From Paraspadella gotoi (Eukaryota > Animalia > Chaetognatha): a stretch of DNA of 64,000 nt. This document shows positions 13,666-24,325 of this stretch, in pieces (position 1 is the first letter of the stretch; every line of letters begins with the position of its first letter). The notes beneath the pieces are model-generated. The model saw nothing but the letters and a program-made list of their open reading frames with translations, searched no databases and was not told the DNA's origin. Position numbers and translations under genes: made by a program. The stretch covers positions 21,168,555-21,232,554 of the forward strand of contig CM119265.1 in assembly GCA_051294375.1 (NCBI GenBank). Direction: 5' to 3'.

Positions 13666-13874
13666 TCGTGAAAAACGGCAATGGGGTCAGCCAATGCCGA
13701 TGCCCATGCCCATGCCGATGCCGATGCCCATAATTAGATGCCGCCCCGGTGGCATCGGGCCCCCGGCCCTCCCGGACCCCCGGGGCCGCAGGGGCTCAAG
13801 GATCCGCGGGTCCGGATGGGCGAAGCGGCCTTGAGGGACAAAGAGGAACACAAGGACAGCGTGGAAGACGATGA
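13666..13874 (+). CDS. Terminal exon A of the collagen-like peptide precursor (two 1-nt deletions as assembled); corrected reading [69 protein letters not shown]
   Basis: Acceptor TTATTATTCAG|T gives phase 2 with exon 1; colinear with exons B and C; Gly-X-Y frame is restored by adding one base in the C/G run near 13760-13766 and one in the G run near 13791-13794; TGA at 13872-13874. Confidence 0.7.
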
Positions 13875-14130
13875 TGCATCGCACGCATTTGCACGCGAGT
13901 TTGCACATCAGCTCATCAGGACATTTGCATGCATATGCTTCGAACCATTGTTTTAATTATATATACGGGTGAAAACGCTACAGAAAATGATTGTTTTATT
14001 TTCGCTAGTCACGTTGTTACTTTGATTTTGGAATTTTTCATGCTCTGATAAAAGTACTCAACGCATATGTATACTTCATAACTTTCAATTAATTTCAATG
14101 ATTTTTTTTTTCTCCAAAAAACTGTCTAAA

Positions 14131-14305
14131 AGGCTTCATTTAATGTTAAAAAAAGCAAATATCAATTATGGAAGGATTTATTCTTTAATTGCTTCATTTA
14201 ATGTTAAAAAAAGCAAATATCATTATGGAAGGATTTATTCTTTACATTGGCTCATTTAATGTAAAAAAAGCAAATTAAATTATGGAAGGTTTTATTCTTT
14301 ACATT
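14131..14305. repeat. Three tandem copies of an approximately 58-bp unit (GCTTCATTTAATGTTAAAAAAAGCAAATATCAATTATGGAAGGATTTATTCTTTA...) between exons A and B
   Basis: Direct repeats read from the sequence. Confidence 0.85.
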
Positions 14306-14460
14306 TGACTCTTAAGTACATATTCTTAACGTCCCTTTTAATTTTATTTCACCTTTTCAAATCTTTGTTTAACAATTAGTATAACTAATAAAAAAAAAAC
14401 TTAAATTAACTAGAATTCTCAGTTTCTCACCCTTCGTTCTACTCCCTTGTCCATTTCCAG

Positions 14461-14644
14461 TCGAGAGAAGCGGCAGTGGAACATGCCCATGATGCCCATC
14501 ATTAGATGCCGGCCCGGGGGCGAGGGGCCCCCTGGCCCCCCTGGCCCCCCTGGACCCCAAGGACCGCAAGGACCCCCTGGGCCTGACGGGCGAAGGGGGT
14601 TGGAGGGAGCCAGAGGAATCCAAGGACCCAGAGGGAGAAAATGA
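14461..14644 (+). CDS. Terminal exon B (intact): [60 protein letters not shown]; 90-aa precursor when joined to exon 1
   Basis: Polypyrimidine acceptor CCCTTGTCCATTTCCAG|T; 89+184=273 nt open frame with exon 1; 14 perfect Gly-X-Y triplets; GC-rich island in AT-rich flanks. Confidence 0.85.
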
Positions 14645-15157
14645 AGGAAGAAGTGATCATTTTAACTTTAAATGAAGCCTTTTTTTTAAACAATTATATA
14701 ATATGTATGTCTAATTCGCTTTTTATGACCACCCTTGAATTATTATCAGGAATGATTGTTTTATGATTCTTCTTCAAAGTCACGACTTTTGTTATCCAAG
14801 CCTTTTTTTATGTTTGATACTTTTGATGTGTTCGTTACAAGATTGCAACATTGAAACATTTCTTAAGATACAGATTATCAAATCTGTAACTTTCGTCACA
14901 ATTGAAAATGTAAATAGAATGATTTTTTTTTGGTACATCATTTGCTAAGCTCGTGCTGAATATCAAGTAATACATAAAATATCACAAAATAACTCAAACG
15001 TTTAAAATTGGTACGGTCAAAAAATAGAGGTTGTATAAAAATAACCCTGTTCAAAAAAATTAAATTTCAGTTTCGGTAATATTAAAAAATACTAAACCCT
15101 GGTGCTCCAATATTAATTTTTCAAATTAATTTTTTTTTAATCTCGTGATTTTTCCAG

Positions 15158-15338
15158 TCGCGAGAAGCGTCAGTGGAACCCGCCGATGAACACCATAAGG
15201 TGTCGCCCTGGTGGGCAGGGACGACCCGGCCCGCCGGGCCCCCCTGGCCCTCAGGGCCCCCAAGGCCCCCCCGGCCCGGACGGTCGGCGGGGGCTCGATG
15301 GTCCGCGAGGAATCCAGGGGCCCACGGGAAGAAGATGA
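15158..15338 (+). CDS. Terminal exon C (intact): [59 protein letters not shown]; 89-aa precursor when joined to exon 1
   Basis: Acceptor GATTTTTCCAG|T, phase 2; 89+181=270 nt open frame; 14 Gly-X-Y triplets; many synonymous differences from exon B (e.g. CGA GAG AAG CGG vs CGC GAG AAG CGT); AATAAA downstream at about 15657. Confidence 0.85.
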
Positions 15339-15975
15339 TGGGAGAAGGAGAAGGAGGAGGAGGAAGAGGAGGAGGAGGAGGCGGCTTTCTTTAATTTATT
15401 TTTTCCGTAGATTCTCAATTCAATGGTGAACCCGAAATGATTGTTTGTATTTTCATAAAAATCTCACGATGACATGATTTGATATTCTAACATTGTTTTC
15501 TTACATTAATAATATGTTCTTAAAAAAAGTCATTCGATTATCGTTCGACCGGATGCGATTTGTTGTTATTATTATTATCTAATAAGCATCCTTTGTGTAT
15601 TGATCATTATCTACGAACGCTGTACTATTTACTTATCTAAACAGAATGATTTTTGAAATAAAAATATCGAAAAGGATTGTTTGATTTTATTATTAGTTTA
15701 GTGAGAGAGAGAAAGAGAGAGAAAGAGAAAGAGAGAGAGAGAGAGATAACTTAAAAAGTACAATTCTGAAATTCTAAATATTAACATACTAAGCTACCAT
15801 TGTTACTCTTAAAAACCAAGGCAACAGCATTGACAATGAGTTTTCCGAGCTATTTTTTACTGTGCAGCGAATAAGTCACGAGTTATTTTCGTTCCATCCT
15901 CAAACCATTCCTCCCCTTTTTTTTACCTCCTTTTCATCCTCCTCCTCCTCCTCCTCCTCCTCATCCTCCCTCTAC

Positions 15976-16141
15976 TCAATTCTCGGTCGAATGTTTTGCC
16001 ATTTTGTTTGACTGAGGAACAAAACTCTCGATTGATCTTTTGTCCATCCTCTTCCGTATCGCTCTTCCTCCCTCCATAGAGATTGAGTGGTTTTCCTCTT
16101 CTTCCTCCAGAGTGGACTCGATGATGGCAAAATAGTCACGA
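15976..16141 (-). CDS. Candidate terminal exon of an unidentified minus-strand gene: RDYFAIIESTLEEEEENHSISMEGGRAIRKRMDKRSIESFVPQSNKMAKHSTEN*
   Basis: Non-repetitive open frame after acceptor-like TGTCCTCCAAG; minus-strand AATAAA near 15686-15691; possible upstream minus-strand donors (GTGAGC about 17610, GTAAGT about 17722 and about 19249). No recognisable domain. Confidence 0.3.
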
Positions 16142-16311
16142 CTTGGAGGACACAATGGGATCGTGATTGAGTTCGGGACAAAAATAGAAAGAGAGAGAGA
16201 GACAAAAAAGAGAGAGAGAGGAAAGAGAAAGGACAAAAAAAAACTAGAATAGGAATTTCAAATAATGAAAAAAGGGAAAGAGAGGGGAAAATTAAAGACG
16301 AAATATTCAAA

Positions 16312-16387
<76 letters not shown>

Positions 16388-17399
16388 ATCTCTCTCCCTG
16401 TCTATAATAAATTCCTTGATTGCTCCTTTCTTTCAGCCGCGGAGCACCATCTGTGGGTTATTTTTTCGTTGGGTGACGACAAAAAATAGGGATAACGAAA
16501 AAAAAAGGAGAGCGATATAATCCAATAAATATTACATATTGCGAGGCTTTAGTTTATATATTTGTTTTTGAGTCTTCCGCGAATCCTTGGTGAGAATTTT
16601 GTAATAAATCAGTTAGTAAATAATGACCGTTTTTAAGCTTTTGCGTATATTTTCCTATCTTTAATCCAAATATTGTTGTCTGAATCATCACTAATCAGAT
16701 CTGTCCNNNNNNNNNNNNNNNNNNNNNNNNNNNNNNNNNNNNNNNNNNNNNNNNNNNNNNNNNNNNNNNNNNNNNNNNNNNNNNNNNNNNNNNNNNNNNN
16801 NNNNNNNNNNNNNNNNNNNNNNNNNNNNNNNNNNNNNNNNNNNNNNNNNNNNNNNNNNNNNNNNNNNNNNNNNNNNNNNNNNNNNNNNNNNNNNNNNNNN
16901 NNNNNNNNNNNNNNNNNNNNNNNNNNNNNNNNNNNNNNNNNNNNNNNNNNNNNNNNNNNNNNTCGAGCTCAACGCCAAATACATCTTCAATGTAAAATAG
17001 TCTGACAACAAAAGTTTAAAAGGCAGAAGAAAAGGTGAACCCAACTCAGACATGATAGGGCCCTTCGCTGCCTGTCCAAGAAGGTAGCGACGATGAGAGA
17101 GAGAGAAGAGGAGAGAGAGAAGAGGAGAGAGGAGGAGAGAAGAGAGAGAGAGAGAAAAGAGAGAGAGAGAGATAGGGTCTGGCGGTCATCTCCCGGTTAC
17201 ATTCTGCCTTAACGCTGCAATTAGCGTTCTTTGTGTTGATCGAGCCAGAATTCTCACATAGGCATCGAGTTTTCTCCCAAGAAAATGCACATGAAAATGG
17301 CCAATCGGAGCACGGAGTCATCGACGAGAGAATGAAATCTTGGCGATCTCACGACAGAAGATGCAACAGTTGAGGAGAATAGAGGTGTGGTCAGTGGCC

Positions 17400-17476
<77 letters not shown>

Positions 17477-17485
17477 TCTCTCCTT

Positions 17486-17528
<43 letters not shown>

Positions 17529-18387
17529 TCTCTTCATTTTTTTCTAACTCTGTATCAAATTAGCAAGAAAAAAAACTGAAGATATAGTAAAGTGACATTC
17601 TTATCTTTAGCTCACCTTTGCGTTTTTACGACCTCATCTTGTCCGAGTTCCCGACCCTCAACCCTACCCGCCTGCGACGGAGCCTCACCCGAGCCGCTCC
17701 CCGGTCCCGACCCGACGCTCACTTACCCTCGTGGCTCCAGTGACTTTCTTTGAAGATCGGCGACCCAAACAATTTCCTTTTTTTAAGGGGAAGAGAAAGG
17801 AAGAAAAGAGGCTGAGAAAGAAAGACACAAAGAAAGAAAGAAAACAGAAGAAGGGGTTATTAATATCGAATGACATGGAAGAGACTAAAAAAGAGAAGAA
17901 GAAAAAGACAAAGGACAAAGAACAAAGGATAAGAGACAAGGTACGAGACAAAATAGTTGGATAAAATACAGACTAAGCAAGACTGAGGGAACTCTAAAGG
18001 GAACAACACCTCATCGAGGAAAAAATGCCGATGTGGAGAAGCTATGCAGTATGCACTTATATGGTGTCCAACTTCATTTTGTCACGAAGCAAACTGTCCG
18101 ATAAATTAGAGGCTATAAACTTTAAAATATTGTACTTGTGAAATAATAAATAATCAAATGTTCCGTGAAACTCAAATTGGAAAAAACAGTGAAGCGGTAT
18201 TAACCAACCGACTGGTACAATTTACCGGGCGGTGAACAAAAGAGGTCAATTGTGAATAGTGAAATGTTGTTTTTCTGGGTGCGACGGGCTGCCCGGCCGC
18301 TGCCCCTCGAGGGGACGAAAAAGGCTGCCCCTTCACACCCTTTGGTTTTCATGTGAATCGGAGCGAAGATGATCGAGCGGCCGGAGA

Positions 18388-18475
18388 TGTTGTTGTGATA
18401 GAGATTCTTGTTATGATAGAAACACATGAATTATTGTTGTGATAGAGATTCTTGTTACGATAGCAACACATGAAT
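18388..18475. repeat. Two tandem copies of an approximately 44-bp unit (TGTTGTGATAGAGATTCTTGTTA...ACACATGAAT)
   Basis: Direct reading. Confidence 0.8.
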
Positions 18476-18878
18476 AACTTCTAATGGAGACATGAGAAAT
18501 ACAGAAGATGTATCTAAACTAAATTACATTATGCATTAATGAATTCGACTGAATTTAATTATTAAATATAAATGTTTTGATCACTTTAAAACAAAAAATC
18601 AATGTGACTCTTGTCGCTCTCACGAAAGTAAATATCTTAGATGATAATGTCATAAAATGTTAGCGGAAAAAAGCAAAGGCCGAGTTCGCCGACGACGACG
18701 ACGACAATAACGACGAGGAAAACAACGACGACGACAACGACGACGTGAAAGAAGAGAGAGGATGGGATTATTCGAAGCAAATCCGAAATGTTTATCATTC
18801 CGAGTTTTTCGGGGGAAAATTTCTCACCGAACTTAATTGCGAGATATTTTGCAACGACAGCAGCTCTTGGTCTATACT

Positions 18879-18947
<69 letters not shown>
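18879..18947. repeat. Pure (GCG)n/(CGG)n tract of about 23 units
   Basis: Direct reading. Confidence 0.95.
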
Positions 18948-19275
18948 TTTTGGATGGGGGGTGAGGGAAGGGGAAGCGTTTTGCGGATTATCCTTTCTCT
19001 GTAGTTGCGAACGGAACTTGAGATGTTTATCAAAACAACGACAACAGCTAGAGCGAACGACGACGACGATTACGACGACGAGGATACTTAATGCGGATCA
19101 AGGGGAAAATGAGATAAAACAATAGAAACTTTTTATCCTTGAACAACAAAAAATCCTCTTTTCTCAACTACGACGACGACGACGACGACGACGAAGACGA
19201 TGAAAGCAGGAAATCATTCTCTTCCCGGAAATGAGGGGGAAATCTGGAACTTACCTTCGGGCGGCGGCCTGACCC

Positions 19276-19312
<37 letters not shown>

Positions 19313-20463
19313 AGATGGGTCTTAGATTAAACGTTGTTGTTGTTGTTTTCCTTGTTGTTATTGCCTCTTTTATGTCTTATTTGTTAAATACTCGATGAAT
19401 TCAAACTTTCGCAGCATAAAAATTTAGTATGGCGACAAAAATGTTAACTCTTGTTAAAATGTAAAATCACATTCTATTTTCATTAATTCGCCTACTTTCA
19501 TACCCTTTTAGTCCGCACCCTCGTATCGCCTCCCTTCCTCCCTTTAATATCCCCCAATCATTACCCCCGGGGGCGGTGCTACATCAAATGGGTTCCTCCC
19601 GCTAGGCTTTGTTATCTTTCCTAATGAAGGGTTGTAGTCGTTGTTCTGTCGGAAGCGTTCGTCGATAATGATTGTAAACAAAGACCAATCTGCGGATTGT
19701 ATTTTGATGTGAATTCACGTGAAAGATATCAAGTACGATTATTCATGTATGATTATACTGGATTTTCATAAACTTTAAGATTAATATTAAAGAACTTTAG
19801 CATTTTGATCATTTTTCTTTTTTAATAAATACGCACTCAATTTGAGTATAATCAATTTGCCAATTTTCTTCACGTTTTAACTTTCTGTGAAAAATTAACT
19901 AACAGAAACTACTAGTACTGACCGTTACAGGTCAAACCTACGTATTAATTCAAAAGATCAACATCAGATTTAAAGACTAAGTTTAAATAAATTTAAAGAA
20001 GTTTTAAATAAATTTTCAACGACGATATTTTTCTGAAACGTCGCGTTTAAAAAAATAGTTTAGCTGGAAAAACAATAATGACAACTGCGTCGGAAGTTAT
20101 TAATCGCTCCGTTTGATTAACGGTTCCTCGCTCTCGCGTCCGTCCGTCCTTACCTTCTTTTTTTCGGTCCGTCTGTCCGTCCATACGTCGGCTTCATCGC
20201 TCTAACGAGAACGGTCTCTGCCAGTTGAACTTCGACTCGTCATTCGCTCGCCCGAGTGGTATCTGCCAGTTTAGCCACTTCGCTCCCTCACTCTCTCTCT
20301 CGCTCTCTCTCTATTTCGAAGACAATTTTTATTCTTTTCTCTTCTCATCCTTTATTCTTTTCTTTTTTTTTCTTCCTCCTTTCCCTTCAGTCCTTTCTTT
20401 TTTTCATGATGAATTTATTTCGGGTTGAAAGGAAAAAATCCCCGAGGATTCTCGTTTCATTTT

Positions 20464-20496
<33 letters not shown>

Positions 20497-20826
20497 NNNN
20501 NNNNNNNNNNNNNNNNNNNNNNNNNNNNNNNNNNNNNNNNNNNNNNNNNNNNNNNNNNNNNNNNNNNNNNNNNNNNNNNNNNNNNNNNNNNNNNNNNNNN
20601 NNNNNNNNNNNNNNNNNNNNNNNNNCTCTCTCTCACTTTCTCTTTTCTCGTTTTCGTATTGTCCGTCGATGCGAATTAATATTAAATTTATAAATAGACC
20701 CTCTGAAAAATGGTTATCTATTTCTTTTGTGTCTTGGTCTCATTAAGATTTCGCGTTGCTGTTTAAACTCGAATTAAACTCGGGTTTTTATTAAATTTAT
20801 TTTGACAGAGACAAATTAAAAACAGC

Positions 20827-20894
<68 letters not shown>

Positions 20895-23223
20895 CTCTCT
20901 CTCTCTCTTTCCACTTTGGCCTGTCATACCCATCTCTCTATCTCCGTCTGTCTTACTCACTCTTATTCTCTCCCTCTCCCTCTCTCTCAACGAAATTCAC
21001 TTTAAGATCCCGACATAACCATCTTCTCTCGCACCATGAAAAGCAGCACCGTGAAAAGATCATCCCATGGTGTTAATTGAAGCTCGGTGGGCCCTGAAAG
21101 AGGAGGAGGAGGAGGAGGAGGAGGAGGAGGAGGAGGACAAACGTGTTATCTTTAAGGAGGATCCAATTTTACAAGTGAGTGGGGATGAGCCTTTCACGAG
21201 ATGAATCATTGATGACACTCTCACTCTTCCTCCTCCTCCTCCTCCGAGGTATAGCTCCTCCTCCGTTTCCTCCTCCTCCTCGAATCATGGTGGTTGACCC
21301 CACGCTGAGATGATTGTCTTAAGGATGATCATTCCATTTGTTGTTTGCCTCGAGGCTTCTCTGTCTCAATTAAGGCGCGTTGGTGTCGAGAGACAGAGAC
21401 ACTTTGAGAGAGAGAGAGAGGAGGATGACAAGAGATGATGGAGAGAGAGAGAGAGATGAGAGAGAGGAGAGAGAGAGAGAGAGAGAAGATGAGAGAGAGA
21501 AGAGAGAGACTAAGGCGTCTGAAAATGAGATTCCTTTTTTTTTTTTTTTGAAAATTTTTCTTCCGCTCAATAACAGAATTAATTGGTTGTTTTAGAATAA
21601 TGCCGTGACCAGCAGGTGGCACGAAAGCAGGATGAGGAAGAGAGAGAGAAAGAGAGAGGAGATGAGAGAAAGATGATGGAGGAGCAGAGAGAGAGAGAGA
21701 GAGAGAGAGATGATGGAACATGTGTTAAAATCGGATCTCCTTTCAGAAGTTGGGAGTCCAGATCGGCGAAGGGTCAAGGGCCACGAAGGATAGAACAGGA
21801 CAAAGGACAGAAATGGATGGAATCGTCAGGTAGAATTAGTGAAAAAGTGACGTAAAAGAGTTATATAAAGAGTTATATCAGAACATACAATTCTACATGG
21901 TAGTCTTATCCCTATTGGTAAAAAAATCATATATAACGTTGGTCCCTCGAAAAATTATCCATTCCCACCCCTTTCTGTTCAGCCTCTTAGATATTATGAT
22001 TTTTCATTAATGACTTTCTAACAGAAATGATGTGTGATGTCTATTAGAAAACTAGGACAGATAGTAATCTAACCTTGTGTTGTATAGAAGCTCCCTCTAT
22101 TTCCAGAAGACAACACTGACTTCCCCTTCCCAAATTGAATTATTAGATAAATAAAACATTTTTAAAAAAGAAAGCAATATATGTTTGAATAAATAATATA
22201 GATTAAATACTAAATCCTTCATAAAATTATTAAAATATTAAAATAGAAAAATAAAAAAATAGTGAAACAAGTAATTTTCAAATTTTCATAAACTTTCTAA
22301 AGAGGCGTACCTAGCGTACTGATGACATGACGAAACCAAAAACACACTAATGAGGCCAAAAAAGTAATTATAGTAAAGAAAATATCATAGCGTAAGAAAC
22401 TTGCGCCGTAGAAGTGATAAGATTCCTACCTAAGAAGGATATTGACATCCGAGGAAAGCGGAAGTTGAGATGAGGCGATATTTTTTACGATCGCTTAAAA
22501 GTTCTCCTCTTTCCTCTTCTTTATGATCGCTTTAAGGTTCTCCTCTTTCTCCTTCTTTGATTCTTATCTCTCTTCCTTCCCTTCTCTTCTCTGTCCCTTC
22601 CTCTTCCTTTCGTTATCTCACTTTCGAATGGGAGATTTATTGTAAAATTATTTTCCAAATGACATTTAATCATATTCACTTTTTAAATTCGCTTTTTAGC
22701 CTCATGCCTTTCTCAATATTAATATACCACTATAACACAAACAATATAATCACATGCACTCACACACTCACACACTCACACACTCACACACTCACACACA
22801 CACTTTTAATGGTTGTCGATTAACAATCTGGCGTTTTCTGCGATTAACCACTCAGAGAATACAGTTTGCTCATTCTCTCTCTCTAAAGGAAAGAGAGAAA
22901 GAGAAAAAAATAATGAACTGAAAAAAAAAAATTATAATAACAAGGAAGGAAGCTAAGAAAATGAACCGCGTAATACTAGAAGGGAGAAAAGAATAAAGAA
23001 AAATGAGAAAAGAAAAAAAACCAAAAAAAAGAAGAAAAAAAAAACATTTAAAAGGAAAGAACAAAAGGAAAATGTTTTCCGGAGAAACCCGCGATCGTGA
23101 GATGATCGTCAACGAGCGGAGGATCTCGTGAATGGAGGAGTGAGTCGTGAAAGGGGAAGTGAGTCGTGAACGAGGTCGGCGATTCTCTCTCTCTCTCTCC
23201 CTCTCTGTCTCTCTCTCTCTCTG

Positions 23224-23266
<43 letters not shown>

Positions 23267-23947
23267 ACGGAAGAACTCCTCGAAATCCGCGACCGAGTTT
23301 CGATGGAATCGGACGTTCTCGTCGTCGTCGTCCTCGTCTTGGGTGTTGTCGTCGTTGTCTTCGTTGTTGTCGTCGTCTTTACTGATGCGGCGATGCTACT
23401 GCTGTCCTCCCTGCTGTCGTTTCAGCCGCTGTTTTCGCTGCAGCGAATTTGAAAGAGGAAACCATCGTTCGATCCGGTGAGATTTTTTGGAGGAGAAAAG
23501 GTAAATGTGAAAAAGGAGAAACGTTTGTGATTTGGTGCTGATCGAGAAATCGATGTGAAGCATCGAGGATGTCTCCTTGAATTTCGGTCCTAAAGAAATC
23601 GCATTTGAACGGGATTCGTACCCGAGACCTCGAGGCTTTTTTCCCGCCAAATGAAGCGTTGAACTCGACGACAAAAACTAAGTTTTTAAAAATATATTTT
23701 GTCTTTCTCATTCTACGATCCGCGGAATGAAATACTATTTATATTGCAATCTTTCCAAAGGAATCAATTAGCGACGGACAGACGGACAGACGGATCAAAA
23801 GATGAAATATCGTCTCGTCATTACAGCATCAGGATAGATTCCTTATATACTTATTTATCTTTGACAGATGACTATTTATATTCTGCGATTCTCTCTGCTG
23901 AATCTCTCTTTCTTTCTCTCNNNNNNNNNNNNNNNNNNNNNNNNNTT

Positions 23948-24018
<71 letters not shown>

Positions 24019-24268
24019 ATTCTCAACTCATCTCCACTCCCCTCCCCTCTTCCCCATCTTTCATCCACCTCACCCCCCCCTCTCCCCCTCTTCCTCGCAA
24101 ACCAACCCGATCTCTCTGCTCCCGGCATAACTGTTCCCCAGGGACTGACAAAAGGCAAAAACTCATTTATCTATTGCTCACCTCTAGCGGACGGAAAACG
24201 AGCTTACTGGATGCTATAAATAAATGATATCCTTCCCCCTGCTCCCCTTCTCCTCTCTCTCTCCTCTT

Positions 24269-24325
<57 letters not shown>

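Noticed and set aside
13666-15338. Consecutive exons of one conventional long collagen, or a canonical cnidarian minicollagen
   Set aside because: Each exon ends in a stop with no good donor and repeats the propeptide site; no six-Cys CRDs, poly-Pro or C-terminal trimerisation domain.
23260-23711. Minus-strand frame with KR-QQGGQQ and an acidic D/N/E stretch resembling a precursor
   Set aside because: In-frame TAG, acidic part derives from (ACG)n repeats, and it runs into (AG)n without a splice donor.
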